The notes: generated by a model not told the origin, from the letters alone. A stretch of 64,000 nt of DNA from Epiperipatus broadwayi (GCA_028023455.1 JAQFVV010000002.1:11656001-11720000), one strand, 5' to 3'; counted from the first letter of the stretch, positions 1 through 14,790 are shown. Translations and numbers: made by a program.

Positions 1-787
1 TTTATTTTTTCTTAATTTTTTAATTTTCTAACTAACCTTACCTCTTATAAACCTATCCTCTCCTATACCTCTAACAAAAATAATTTTCAAAAAATTTATT
101 TTTTATTTCATCACTTTTACATTCTCTATGAACACCGGCCAAAACCATATCTTATTCTAATTCTTTAAAATCTATACATACCTATTTACTAACAAAAATA
201 TTTCTACAAAATTAATATTTTCAAACCCAGATCCTTATTAAGAGATGGCCTAATACTTCTAATCAATATAGCCTCTTTTATCTTTCTATTCCTCCCATTT
301 TTAGTATGATTTATCATTTTAATACTTCATTTTTCAAACTTAAGCCCTGTCTCTAATGAATGTAAATAAACAGGTGATCTCTTATCATATCTGTACCGAG
401 TCAATCTTGTATAAATTGATTTTTTATTTCACCCACATAACTATTCCTAATATTTTTTCCTGACAAGATTTACACTCTATTTTATATACTCCATTTATAC
501 AATTTTCTATATTTCATATATATTTATTATCTAAAATATTAACCATACTCTTTTTTTCTTATTTACCACTTTAAATTTTATTACATTATTAAACTTTTTA
601 TTAATTCTCCAAATTATTACATTTATATTCTTTACAATATTATTATTATTTCTTTTTATACTCATATATTTATGTTTATTATCTTTATCCTTCTTTTTAT
701 TATTCTACTCATTATTATTAACAATAAATTTCTCTTCTGACATTTTTATATTATCTTCTATAATCTTTTCTGGGTAATCATTAATTT
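1..787 (-). mobile_element. Inverted duplicate of the PLE 3' end (reverse complement of about 1108-1893)
   Basis: Co-linear reverse-complement match, e.g. tgggtaatcattaatt (771) vs aattaatgattaccca (1110) and aacaggtgatctc (369) vs gagatcacctgtt (1509). Confidence 0.92.
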
Positions 788-819
788 TTAATAAAAGCCA
801 ATAATAATTTTATTCCTTG

Positions 820-1890
820 AAGAAGTTAATAGATTAGATGAAAGCATAAAATTTACAATTGAAAAAAAAGAAAATAAGTTATCATAATTGGATATTCTAT
901 TAATAAAGTCATATTTTAATGGTAGGTGGAAAATAGAGACATCAATATATAAAAGATGAATATAGATAATAACATAGCTAATTGGAATTCGAATATAGAT
1001 AAGAAATATAAAATAAATAGTATTACTTCAAGAATGTATAGAGCTATAAATTACTGTTTGAATAAAGAGGATTATAATAAACAAGTAGAATTGATAGTTA
1101 AGGAATTTAAAATTAATGATTACCCAGTAAAGATTATAAAAGATAATATAAAAATGTCAGTAGAGAGATTTATTGTTAAAAATAATGAGGAAAATAATAG
1201 AAAGATAAAGATAATAAACATAAATATATGGGTGTAAAAACAAATAATATTGTAAAGAATATAAGTAAAATAATTTGGAGGATTAATAAAAAGTTTAATA
1301 ATGTAATAAAATTCAAAGTGGTAAATAAGAAAAGAAAGAGTATGCTTAATATTTTAGATAATAAATATATAAGAAATATAGAAAATTGTATAAATGAAGT
1401 ATATAAAATAGTGTGTAAATCTTGTCAGGAGAAAAATATTAGGAATAGTTATGTGGGTGAAACAAAAAATTCAATTTATACAAGATTGACTCAGCACAGA
1501 TATGTTAGGAGATCACCTGTTTATTTACATTCATTAGAGACAGGGCATAAGTTTGAAAAAGGAAGTATTAAAATGATAAATCATACTAAAAATGGGAGGG
1601 AGAGAATGATAAAAGAGGCTATATTGATTAGAAGTATTAGGCCATCTTTTAATAAGGATGTGGGTTTGAAAATATTAATTTTGCAGGAATATTTTTGTTA
1701 ATACATAGGTATGTATAGATTTTAAAGAATTAGAATAAGACATAGTTTTGGAAGGTGTTCATAGAGGACATAAAGGTGATGAAATAAAAAATAAGAAATT
1801 TTTTGAAAGTTATTTCATTTAGAAATGTAGGACAGGAGAGGTTTATAAGAAGTAAAGTTAGTTAAAAAATTAAAAAATTAAGAAAAAATA
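820..1890 (+). mobile_element. Penelope-like element, 3' part (RT thumb plus GIY-YIG endonuclease), frameshifted
   Basis: ORFs 956-1237 and 1228-1701. KFTIE..KL..LDI and SITSRMYRAINYC match the PLE RT C-terminus. VYKIVCKSC...YVGETKNSIYTRLTQH...H...GH...KEAILI is a GIY-YIG domain. Confidence 0.9.
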
Positions 1891-2212
1891 AAATTATATG
1901 GATATTACATCAATATTATTGTTATTAACTAATGTATATATAAGTAATTAAAATAGAAGAAATAAATTAGATTAAAGAGCAAATTTAAGATTTAAATGAT
2001 AAGAATATGAAGAAATAAACATTAAAATATAAAATTTTATAAAAGAAGTTAATTGACTATAAGTGTGGGATTAAGAGGTATTAGATTATAGAGATATTAA
2101 AGATCCATATTTAGGTTAATAGGAGTGTTTGAGATGTTTTTTATATTTATATATATTTGTATATGTGTGCATATATGTATGGATAGGTATAATTGTATGT
2201 TTAAATATTGTA

Positions 2213-2250
2213 GCTCTGATGATGACTGCTGGATAGTTGAAACTGTAAGC
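2213..2250 (+). ncRNA. Minimal type I hammerhead ribozyme, family C, in the PLE pseudo-LTR
   Basis: gct CTGATGA t gact-gctggat-agtt GAAA ctg TA agc. Core intact, stem I only 3 bp, about 510 bp downstream of the GIY-YIG stop. Confidence 0.7.
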
Positions 2251-3299
2251 AAGAGGAGATAAATAAATCATGTTAAAAATGCATTGTGAAGTGTAAATTA
2301 AGGAGTATATGATATATTATATTAACATGCCATTAGACAGTGAATTTAACATAAAACATGCAAATAAAAATTCATTTTGTGAATAGTAATTTCTACTTGA
2401 AAACAAATGACAAACTACGATGATTGTTTTTTTCTAATTAGTTAATTTTATTAAAAAAACAATATAAAATCTTAAATTATACTATTTATTCATCTTAAAC
2501 ACTTATGCATACATATATATAAGCATTAAAATTAGAATGGAATTTTTTTTATATTTTCCCAAACAAACTTCAGCTATAAGACAACTAGGCTAGCAACCAA
2601 TTACATCATAGTTGAAGTTCATCTAGATAAATACTTGGAAATTCCAGTTATACTTTGATTGATTGCATCAAAATGGGTGAAAATCTTCTAAATATAAATA
2701 TTAAGACTTGTTTTTTTTTTGCTATTTTAAAAGTTTATTGTATTGAATGTTCTTTTTGAAATACAGGAAGCAACTGCAATTTTCAAATGATAATAAGTAT
2801 TTTTTATTACTCCAAAAGCCTAATAGTAATTGGAGTAAACAAACCTACTTTTCAAAAAAATCATATAACATCACACAAAAATATGAATTATATTTATTAA
2901 TCATTTAATAACAGAAGTAGCATTAATTTTTTTAATTTTTATGACAATTTTAATTCAAACATAATATTTTAAAGTTATCTCTATACAATCCTGTAAAACA
3001 TTAAAATAAAGAAATAATCAATCTTTGAGATGGTTTGGCCATATGATTTCCTAAGTAACGATTCCATAATTGTTATACTTTTAACATTTTACAGAATTAT
3101 GCAGAGATAACTTTATCAATATTTAATGTTTTACAAGATTATACTGAAATAACAAAGTTGTTTTTATGCATTATTTAAAACATAAAGAATAATAATATAA
3201 TCTATGCTAGAAATCTACAACTTTTTTTAATATTATATATGGCAAAAAGAGTTTTAGTCAAATCATTTCAAAGGTTGCAAAAGTGGTTAAATAACTATC

Positions 3300-5090
3300 A
3301 TAAAATATTTTTATATTTTATTACGATTAAGAAGTGTGATAGGCTATAGTTATCAAATGAGAACATGAGTTTGTCTTCCATAATATTTTTATTTGCCTCT
3401 ATTATTTCTTCATGCAGCATGATGTCTTTTAATTATTTATAGTTGGTAAAATCAATGTGTTGAAATAGAAAGCTTTTCCAGTCATTCATATTGCTAATGA
3501 GCTAATACTGATTGTCATTTTGTAACTCTTTTTTTACTAGCTTTGTAATTTAATTATAAAATGAATCAATTTCCTTTGATATCTTTATTAATATAAAAAT
3601 CCTATCAAGTCTTATAATTACTTATGGCTTACATTTATGACTCTTGTTAAAGAACATTAAGATAAAAATTTGAAGAGCTGTTATAATTCATTATGTTATT
3701 GCTGAAAACTGTTTATTCAATATAGGTATCATGATAAATTGCTAATGAATTAGAATGAAGATAAAGTTACAATTAGATTTTAAAATGCATAAAAACACAA
3801 TTAGCTGCAACTAATCACAAAATATTAATTTATTGTTATCACCACATAAGAAAGTGCATTGCTGGATTTATTAAGAGTATGATACCATTTTTCAGTTCCA
3901 TATGTTGCTTTCAGTAGATCAAAATAAAGATCTACAATACCCACGATCAATAAATGTCCACATTTCCATTGCACTTTTAATCCAGCAATCACTTTAAAGC
4001 CTTCCTCTCATTTGTTAAATTTCTGCTCTAAATTTCTATAATTATTACTAAAAATTCCACATTCAATTTAATATTCATCCAAGCAGAAATGATGTTTTTT
4101 TTTATATTCAAGTTACCAATAATAAGATGATTGTCAAAATCCTAGTCATAATACTTCCTTTCATTGAATCCAAAAACATCCCCTTTACGAGAATCTTATA
4201 TCCTGATAACATAATAAAACTGAAACTGCAAATTAACAATTTTATTATTTAATAACTGTTAAATTTTAACATAAATAATAGATACTTTTAAAGAATGAAT
4301 TATCAATTTTCCTGTAAAGATGACCGGAAACCAGGAAGCATCATATGATCACATCTCCAAAAGATGACCGGAGTAAGATTTATTTTTTAATGCAGCTATC
4401 ACTTGAGACTTCTAATGTGCACTTGAAATTACACACATAATATAACTTCTCTTGTATTCAGAATCCAAACTACAATACACTATTAAATACCACTTTTGAG
4501 TGTGAATACATCCATATTCTTTTTATAATGATTTTCTGCCTAAACAAAATGTTTGTGATAGTCAATCCATGTGTAGTACATAAATTCAATAACAACAAAC
4601 CATATAAATTTCAGCACAGATATCATTATTTAAAATAACTTTTGGTGAAAGTCTACTATTTGTATGAACACATACATTACAATTTCTAAAAAAAAAAAGA
4701 CGTTTTCAAAGTATTGCTCTAATAATGCTATCCAATAAATAAATAAAAGCTTCCTTTCTTTTAATTACCTGAAACTGATATTGAAACATCAAGCCAAGTT
4801 TTAACAACATTATTATTCAAAGAATTTCAAGATTATAAAATGGCAAATTAAATTCTATAGCAAAATTCAACATCATAAATTTTCCTTTTATTTGTTGGTC
4901 TGCTCTTCCAAAAATACTTGTAGCCCTTGTTCTTCTCTCTTAAAGTTCACTCCTTTTAGAAGATGAGCTTCACTAAAAGGAGCTACTTCAATCTTAAATT
5001 TTGATAGCTCCTTAGATAAAAATGCTATCCTCAATTCAGATTTTGATGAGTTTATATTAAGTAAAGTTTGCACATTTCATGTACCTATAT
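3300..5090 (-). pseudogene. Heavily decayed RTE-clade LINE
   Basis: ORF 4888-5073 (ELRIAFLSKELSKFKIEVAPFSEAHL) resembles an RTE APE N-terminus. An LLKATYGTEKW segment near 3880-3920 resembles LLYGSETW of the RT C-terminus. Confidence 0.55.
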
Positions 5091-6611
5091 TTAAAAAGAT
5101 TATTATGCTTACCTTTGGTCCAACCATTGCCTCTTGTTAATCATTACCTACAAATAATATTTCTATCATTTTAATAACAGGCAAGACAAACTTTGTGCCA
5201 CAGGGCATTTTTATATTGCTAATTCCCTTCCACTTTGCATAAATATGCAATCATTATGCAACTAAAACCCATCTCTGAAATTACCGTTTTGATTCATTAG
5301 TAATTGTACTTCCTGAAGAAAAAATCACAATTAAGGAATACCACCTTACTAAACCTAAACCTATCCCCACCCCCCTTGTTTAATTCTTGAGTTGAAAAAA
5401 TTAAAAAAATTGAGTCGAAATTGCTGTGTGTATAGTTAAAGGAAGGAAATATGGCTGTACAAACATCCAATTCCATTATCACAATTAGAACAGAGAGTTG
5501 ACTTATGGTATGAGAAGCTCATATTGATCAAGCTTTAAATTAACTTAGGAGACTGAGGATAGTAAAAGGAAGAGACTACTTGTATCAGAAAAAATATCTA
5601 ACCTTTGAGGAAATATCATAAACTACAAGGCAGCAAAAGTACCTGAAGTCATTCCACTCTCCACCACCTGAGAACCCATTAATAGCCTGAGCATAATACT
5701 TGAATATAAATAACAGGACACATATATAATGTCATATCATTAAAAACTCTTTTGCCAGTAATCAGATTTATAAAATGTAACAAGTGAATAATCACAACTT
5801 GTGTTCAGAATATCACTGCAATAAGGATTAACACAAACAACTTATTGGTTAATCAAACAGTGAAAATTTTTTTAACCCAAATTTTAATAAATTTTTATGC
5901 ATTTTTCATATTTTTCTGTTTTATACTATAGTAATTTCAGTTTTAGATTCATAATTTAAAAATTTTAGACTCAAAACACACATTTATATAAAACTTTATC
6001 TTCTTTTCTCAGTTTTGTTTGATCGTGTCAGAAACACAAAATATACACAAGCTAGGTCCATATCAACATTTAAACATATTTTATAAGATATCTCTTTTTT
6101 GTTTGCACCTTACAAAATTAAGAGTTATTAGTTTTGATCATCAATTAATTTGTAAAGGTGTTCAAAAAATCACAATTGTCTTAGGACAGTTTCAGTAAAC
6201 TTTTTCATTAAATTCAGTTTTTTGAATACATAAAAAGGAGAATCATAAATAATTCTGTTGCCAATCTTCTTATATTGTGTATTAGTTAAAGAACATTTAA
6301 TTGGTATATTATTTGCATTAATATATAGATATACTAGCGATAAAAAAGCTTTGTAATAAAGTGTTTAGTGTATCATAGCTCATAGATAGGCAAAATTTTA
6401 AATTTTTGTTTAAAATTTCCTATCAGTCTGTTGATTTTTTTCCTGTTGCAAATAATTTAACAATTTAATACCAGTCAATTCTTATCTGGATAATAAACTC
6501 AAGAAATGCTCAAATATTCAATAAATGATAATTGGAATTCTTGATGAGTAATGCTTTCTCCATTATTCTTCTCCTTCGGTGAGGGTTAAAACAACCCTTG
6601 TTCTATAATGA

Positions 6612-6835
6612 TCAACATTCTTATGCTTGCTCATAACTATTATTGAACAGGAAAAACTCACAATACAGTAGTGCCACTCAGTGAAGCCAGAGTAATCAAT
6701 GGATGCCAGAAGGCTTGTGCATAAAATCCCTATCTAATGCATTTTATTGGATGATTAGGTACTAGATAGGAATTTTATGCACAAGCCTTCTGGCATCTCT
6801 GGCTTGCACTGAGTGGCACTATTATAGGAGAGTTT
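6612..6835. repeat. Family D element, inverted (head-to-head) partial copies
   Basis: gtagtgccactcagtgaagccagagtaatcaatggatgccagaaggcttgtgcataaaatccctatcta followed by its reverse complement. Same sequence at 7915, 56092, 59435 and 63555. Confidence 0.85.
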
Positions 6836-7914
6836 TACCCATTCTTTAATGGATTATTTAAAGACTGTTTTACTAAACATTTTATCTAAATTATTGAAAA
6901 GGCTAGTGTTTTAGTCTGATAGCAATTTTAAAATAAATGAAATTTTAAAAAAGAAACATTTTAAAATGTAAAGGGCTTTTGATAGGCTTTATATTAGATC
7001 CTTTCAATTAAAAAAATAAATCCATAGTGCCTTTTCAGGTTTTGACTTAGTCTATAGAATATTGATTCTTATTCCAAAATAAATAAAAAATAGAAATTGA
7101 TGTTAAAAAATATGACAAAAAAAATCTATATTGAAAATATCAAGAATGAAAAGAAATGAATGATTTCAAATACAAATTACATAAAAAATTGAATGGTGGA
7201 AGTGATAGACCATTCATGACTTTGCAGTAGTGTCACTCTAACACTGCTATATATACATAAAATTAGATTGCTAAAGTTATTATAAAGATTTTAAATATTT
7301 AAATGCAGATAAAACTACCAATAGATTATTGTAAAAAAATATGAGAAACAACTTTGAACTGAAATAGTAGAAAAATGATAGATAATAATCAAAGATAAGT
7401 AGATAATTTTACTTTTTTTAATTATTATTGAAGAACTTTTGAAAAAATAAATATTCAGTTTTATTACAATTTTTACAAATTTGTATAACATATAAAAAAT
7501 TTCAAACTAAGACTTACAGTACAAAAAAGTATACACTTTCCGATTCCGCATTTAAATATACAGCAATCCTTTGGATTTTTTTAATGTTTCAATAAATTTT
7601 GCTTATAAACTATCTTTAAAACTATACATTCATAATGATAAAATAAAATAATCTCTCCTTTCTTATATATTCAAAACATTTTTATTTAATATAATTCAAT
7701 ACTAATAATCACTACTAGAATGGATTAATGTATCATTATATGTATGTCTGAAAGTATGCATACAGCCAATAAAATTACTAAATCTTTTAATTCACCTCAA
7801 TGCAGAACCCTAAAATATATTATGGCATTGTGTTCAAATCACACTCGTATCTGCTTTTAATGCTATTTTTCTGGTTTTACATTCATTTGATAGTAAAACT
7901 ATAACTAAAGTAAT

Positions 7915-8250
7915 ATTCAAAACAAAGCAAAACTCTCCATATAGTAGTGCCATCTTGTGCTAACAAGAGCAATCAATGGATGCCAGAAGGCTTGTGCATA
8001 AAATCCCTATCTAGTGCCTACTCATCCAATATCCCCAGACTAGTTTCTGGCTTGTGGCTGGGAATATAGGATGAGTAGGCACTAGATAGGAATTTTATGC
8101 ACAAGCCTTCTGGCATCCATTGATTGCTCTTGTTAGCACAAGATGGCACTACTATATGGACAGTTTTGCTTTGTTTTGAATTGTTTAATAACAATTATGC
8201 GCTAGTATGAGATAGTGATCATGTGACGTTTAGTAAAATAATATTCATTA
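7915..8250. repeat. Family D element, near-perfect 123-bp-arm palindrome with half a hammerhead in the loop
   Basis: Arms 7915-8037 and 8059-8181 with 4 mismatches. Loop 8038-8058 gactagtttctggcttgtggc is the reverse complement of gccacaagccaGAAActagTC. Confidence 0.9.
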
Positions 8251-8749
8251 ATTTAAAAAAAAATCTTAAAATGTCAGCATTTTACACAGAATTTTTTTAC
8301 AAACAAGTTGATAGCAGCCTACAACATTGATGACTGATAGTTTCTACTTTCCTCTGCATGAATGCTAGTTGGAATTTTGAACATTTTTTCCTTTGTTAAA
8401 TTTTGAAATTTAAAATATTTTCTATAGTTTGTTTATATATTTATGATTAGTTTTTATAAATGCTGGACCCATATTTTTTTTAGAAGAATACTATAATTAA
8501 ACTCAAATTTTGTCTGAAAATATTTATTTTCAGAAGACAAATCAAGAAAAATCAATAATGTAGATCATAACTTGTAATTGAAAAAAAAAAAAATGATTGG
8601 CAGCAGATTTATTTTCTTTCATTTTTTAAAAATTAGAAATAATATTTTAAATTCTAAATAAAGTTTTGTTATCTTGAAGTAGGTGGAACTATAATTTGCT
8701 CAGGTTTATAAACTAAGTTAAAACAATGCTATTTTTTTAAGTTTAATAT

Positions 8750-11700
8750 TTTTATGAGCAATGTGGTAATCATTCAATAAGAAAAAAGTTATTTATCACA
8801 TTGGTTTCATTCTCATAGACCTGATATTTTATGTCTTAGTGGGACTATACTACATTTGCAGACAGACTCACGCATAATTGATATGATACATAGTTTTGGA
8901 TATTTTCACTACTCCTCTTATTCAGCTTCTGGAGGGGTGGTGATCATAATCAGCAAGAATTCACAAATCACATTGTTCAAAATACTATTCATTAAGTCAA
9001 ATTGCCTAATTGCGATCATACAATATCAAAGCTGGTACTTTAATCTGGTAAATGTATATCTTTCTAAATCTCAAGACACTGTTACAAGAGTGATTAATTC
9101 AATTAATTCAAGTCTGAGAACTAGCCCTTTTGAAACAATTATTATTGGAGATTTTAATCATACATACCAAGTCTTTCAAAAAAAATATATTGGTTACCTA
9201 AATCAGTCTCTGTGCAGTGGAAAATTCTTCTTTGTTGATGAAGCATTCTCTTTTTATACAGAATCATGATGTTCTCTAATTGATCTACTTTTTTTTTCAC
9301 CTTCATTATCATCGCAAATAGAAAATCATCTGTGGCCCATTAACTTCTCTGATCATTATGCTCTGGAGATTAAAATAATCCCAAGAAACTTTCTACAACC
9401 TATCATTGAGATGCCAAGGACTATTTGCATGCTTACAAAGTTTAATGCCACTATTAAACTGATCTCTGAAGCTTATATTAATTTCCATAGAACAAAAATT
9501 TTAATATTCCCTGCAGTAGAAGCATGGAAGACTTTTACTGAGACACTAACCAAGTTAATAAATTCTTGTACTGCTAAAACTAAAGGTCCAGTTATTCTTC
9601 TCAATGAGTTGGACTCCATAGCATGTGATCTCAAAAATATTTCATATGAAGCACAAAATATTCCTAACATTTTAAATTTAAAATCAAAATACAAGCCAAA
9701 CCAAAAGGCCATTGCTGAGTACTTATCAATTAAAAGGGGGTACCTGAGATGGGCCCTTGGCTCTAAGGCAACTGCTACACAGGCTCTTCCATACTTCTCA
9801 GAATTTGGGAATATTATGCAAAAAAATTCCAACAACTTGGCATTTCATTTGTCAGGAAATGTTTTGTTTATAAACATTCTGAGCAACACAAAATTACTGA
9901 AGCAAGAATCCTTTCAAAGATTTCATCATTCCCTGACAGAACTCACCCTGGATTACATGGAATACCAAAATTTTTATTACTTCATTTATGCGCCTTTTCA
10001 GTCCCTATTATAAAAAAAAAGGTAGACTTCTTGGCTAATGGCTGCCGAGAAATTAATGGGCTTTGCCCAATGGGCATGGTCCAGCTTGTTAAAAAACCTG
10101 AGGGTAAAAAAATCTTGATAATCTTCGGCCTATCTCTATGGTGCCATTTCTTGTAAAAACCATTGAAGGCCTTATTAGAGAGGATATACAAACAAACATT
10201 ATTGGAAAATTATCAACCTATTAGTTTGCAAAAGGGAGCTCTACTGCCGATGCTGTCAGTCGATTTTGACTCCTAGTCGATCATGTTCACAGGAAAAGGA
10301 TGTCATGGCCAGTTGCAGTTCAACTTGACTTTGCCGGAGCCTTTGATTGTGTCAGGATTGATGTGCTACTTGGTGTACTGGAGCCAAGTGCCTCTGGCAT
10401 ATCTTCAGATAATTGAGAACCTTCTCCTTAACAGAGAAGTGTTTCTCTTGATGGAAGAGTTACTCCTGGATTTTGGCCTTGTGTATCCATACCTCAGGGC
10501 TCACCACTCTTCACAGTCTACATGAACCCATTGCTGTTGAGCATCGAGTCTTTCCTTCCAGGGATTTATTATTCCGTTATTGAGAAAGAACATATGCCAT
10601 ATTTCTTATATGGATGATGTGGTTGTGTTTCTCTCATCTCAGGATGAATTCTCTAGACTTGAGGAACTCTTAGACCAGTTTGCAGGTGAATTTGGCCTGG
10701 CAATTAATGGAGCAAAGTCGGCAATGTGGTCCATCCTGACAGGGAAGCAAATATCTGGTAGACTAAAAGCTCCCCCACAGAAATTTCTTGGTTTTAGTAT
10801 TGCTTCTTCTCCAGCAGCCATGAGAAAAGAACTTGAAAATTCATTAATTTTAAAGATTGAAAACACTGTTAATTCACTAAAATTTATCTTTCTCTGTTTG
10901 GAAAGGTTGCACTCCTCAATTCTGTGATTTTACCAAAAATTATTTATTATTTAGCTGGTTTTTCACCAACAATTTGCTTCATCTGCAAGGTTGAATCTCT
11001 ATGCAGAGAGCTGTGCTGGGGAGGGAAGACTCCAGCAATAAGTCTTAATATTTTGCAAAAACCAAGACATCTTAATGGTTTAGGACTGCACTCGATTAAA
11101 ATTTTTCTGATGCAGAGGACTTACAATGTCCTTGTTAAAATTTTCAAAGACAATGCAAACATAGAAAGTCCCATACCCTTTGAAAAAATAATCCCCCACT
11201 GATCGCCCACCCCCTCATAAAAGAAATATCTGGATGCAACAACAATTAACTATTGTCTTTAATAGCATCAAAAGCTCTAGCTCCATGTTTGCTGAAAAAA
11301 TATCATATTGGAGTTCTTATCAATTAGTTCACTCTGGTAAATCTAGGACAGAGAATCTTCTCCCAGTTGCAATCCCTCATCTCATAAGGCTGACTAAGTT
11401 CCTGGAATTGGAACCAAAGTTTGCGGATTTTTTTGGTTAAGGTCAACCTTGGAGCTTTGCCTACTGGGATGTTTCTTTGTAATCAGAGGGGACACAACAT
11501 TGTTACAATATGTACTCTTTGTAGAAGATTTGACAAGTCTATTCAACACATACTCTATCAATGTGAATGGTGGACTCGGATACAGAATATTGCCCTACAG
11601 AGGATTACAGGATATAATTCTTCAAAATTTCTACCTTAATGATGCATTCAAAAATGGAAATTTTGGCTCCATACGCCTGGCCACTTTCATAAATTTTATC

Positions 11701-12075
11701 ATATGGAAGATTAGATGTAAGGTATTATTTGATAGAGAGTTGGCCGGTTCTATTGAAGACATTTTCCTAAAGTTATTATATAAAGCTAAAGAAAGTGATC
11801 TAAGAACATGCCTGCTTAGCCTTGCTGAGTATATATTATTTATTCATGACACTCAAACTTTACATGCCATGGGATTTATATGGCAAATTAGATCACCCCT
11901 GATAAGTAACATAACATAAAATTTTACTTTTAATCCTGTACTCATCATCTAATTTAATAACTACTTAATCTTTAATGTGTCAGACATGATTGTAAACATG
12001 AACTCTATATTACAATGTATATTTTACTTTTGTGCAAATAAACATTATTTTGAAGAAAAAAAAAGAAGAAAAAAG
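8750..12075 (+). mobile_element. L1/Tx1-clade non-LTR retrotransposon ORF2 (APE, RT, C-terminal zinc finger), 5'-truncated and disrupted
   Basis: GGVVIII, NVY, IIIGDFN, IDLLF and SDHYAL (APE); NYQPISL and YMDDVVVF (RT); CTLC...SIQHILYQC zinc finger; aataaa then an A-rich tail at 12037-12075. Confidence 0.88.
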
Positions 12076-14169
12076 TTATTGATCTTTATAGGTCATACTG
12101 TGTATTTCAATTTAATTTTTTTTATATTTGCAAAGTTAAAATAATATTTTAAAAATATTTTTTATTTGTAAACATATATATATATATTTAACAAATAATT
12201 CAAAATATCTGAAAGTACTATAAAGAATACAGATAAATTTAGTTAAGTAAAAATTTAATCCAATCTGCTGCTAAAGATTAAAAAAAAATAGAAAACCCTC
12301 AAGGATTTATAAAAATTTCCATTGACCTTTAAATTTTCTTGACTAATAAATAAATATGTATTAACCTGTGAACTGTACTGTATAGTCATTTTCATATGTG
12401 GCTTTACCTCACTCTCAAACCAAAATTTTTAATATTATTTTGCTGATTTTATGGTTATTTTATCAAGAAAGTCATACTGAATGATGCTGCCACCTTTAGA
12501 ATTTATTTACAACTAATAAACCAATAATATTTAAATTTAATGGTATAACAATGATGTATGTGCTGCATTTCAAGGTGCTGATTGATTGTTTTTCTATGTA
12601 CTCTACCAGAGATCACCTGTCAATAAATTTTGACAGTTCAATTTTTTGTTTTGATTTTTCCAAGTGAAAAATGTTTTAAAACCTTTTTTTTTTTACACAT
12701 TTATAATTTTTTTCACAAAATATGTGTGAAATATAAATTATTTTAAAAGAATTCAGATTTTAGTAGAAAATGTTTACTTTTACTTGAAGGTAAATTGACA
12801 AAGAAAGATCAATAAAGTATGGATTCAATTTATAATTGGATAACTAACATACATTTTATGTTTACAGCTATAGATTATTTTCATCAATTATAAATAGAAA
12901 TTATTTTTTTTAAAAAACTTTCATTCATTTTAATAATCTAATGAATTATTAATTTACATTTTAGTAACTAAACTAAACAAATATAATTTTAAAAGATACA
13001 TATATTTTTATTACTGATACTATAATTGACCATCAAAAATTTGGAACTAAAATTGAATCTGCGAATAGAAATTTTGTATCATTAAAGAGTTCGCAGAAAT
13101 ATAAACAAAAAAAAAAACAGAAAAAAAACTGTTTGAGGTGAAAGTAATACAACAACAAAAACAATAATAAAATTACCTATTAATCTTTTTTACTTTCTTA
13201 AAATCATGAAAATAAATGGGGAATTTTCTAGTGACCTTTATTTTTATATTTCAAAAGTTTTGTATGTTCTTATTCATTGATAGTCTATCTTCTTATTGCC
13301 TATAATCTGAATAACTTTTTTGTTTGTTTTTGTTTTTTAGTTTTTTGAAAAAGTAAACTTATTCTTACTGTTTTATATTACTGACATTTTTACTGGTAAA
13401 GTTTATAAAAATATGCAGATAAAATAAAATATAAAGAAAAAATAATTTCTTATTTAAATGTTTTTAAATTATATTTAATTTAATCAAATACAATACTTGT
13501 TTTCAGAATATTTAAAAATAGATTTATGAAAGTAAATTGATTTTTCATTAACTTAATTTGTAAATTTTCACTTTCATTGAAAATCATTGAAAGTTTCCTC
13601 AGAAAAAGTACTGCTCTCCTGTTAGTTTAGATTGGAGTATTAACATTATCCTAAGTGATACTGCTTTTATTATTATTAATGTTGAAATAAATCCAAAGAG
13701 GTCAGCAGCTTATAGATTGTAGCTAAATTTAAAAGACTTCTCCTTTGTTCTCTTAATAGAAGAATATTCCATGAGGGCATTTGCATTTTTCTGGTCTAGT
13801 TTTCATATGAAAATTTTAAAATATAATTTAAAATGATTTCTTGTTTGTTTATAAATATGGTTTATTTTTAGAAATAGAAGTTAATAAACTTGACCATAAT
13901 ATGAAGGAAAAAAAATCAATAATGTCTGTCACTTGTCTGTCAAGTAGACTTTGTGTTAAATAAATATTGTAATTTTTATAAGAAAATATCAGATTTTAAA
14001 GCAAAATCAATCATATTAAAAAAACAAATTTAAAGTAAAAGAGTTTTAGAGTTTACATAAATATCTGTAATGGCACTTATGATATATTACTATATTTACA
14101 GGTCAGTTTTAAAATATTTAAACAATAAAATATGATTTATAAGAATATATTATTCAGATAATTAAATTA

Positions 14170-14790
14170 AAATGAAATCTGGATCCAATTTATTGAGTTT
14201 TAGTATAAAGATTTTATAAAAACAAAAAAGATTGAGCACTTACAAAAACTCTCACCAGATGGAATAGAATGTGTTAGAATGATTGGGTGCAAGTTAATTT
14301 ATGATAATAGCAAGGAAAATAGTTTACTGTTTAAGGATCGAACAGGATCTTTAGCAACAAGGGAATATACCTATAAATGAAGAAATATGGGTGATTTAAT
14401 CTGCGAGCTGTGTAAGGAAGGTATAAAAAATATTAGGCATCTGTTAATTGAATGGAAACGCCTAAAAGCAGAAAGGATACAAATAATGAAGTTGTGGAAG
14501 AATAAATATGAACAAAGTGATTATACAGAAAGTGGCTTATTAGTTTTTATGCTGGTTTTGAAAAAAGATAAGGGGGTTTTAGATTTAAAGGCCATGAAGT
14601 TGACAAAGATTATGTTGCGGAAATGGGATGGAGCAGGGTAGAAAAGAATATGAGAAAACTTGGGATGGGGAATGGAAAGGAGTGCAAAGTGGCTAACAGG
14701 TTTCTCTGGCATAGTTGTTTACAGATTCCTGACTCTGTATAAGAAGTCACAGTGCATCACATCACATCAGCAAGAGGTTTAATGAAAAGT
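14170..14790 (+). pseudogene. 3' fragment of a non-LTR retrotransposon with C-terminal zinc finger
   Basis: LFKDRTGSL...CELCKEGIKNIRHLLIEW (CxxC...H motif); ends in catca repeats. Confidence 0.6.

Noticed and set aside
5113-5686. Splice-flanked mini-exon candidates on the minus strand (5113-5147, 5643-5686; similar ones near 24290 and 25100)
   Set aside because: No consistent open frame or recognisable protein; such signals are frequent by chance in AT-rich DNA. RNA-seq would be needed.
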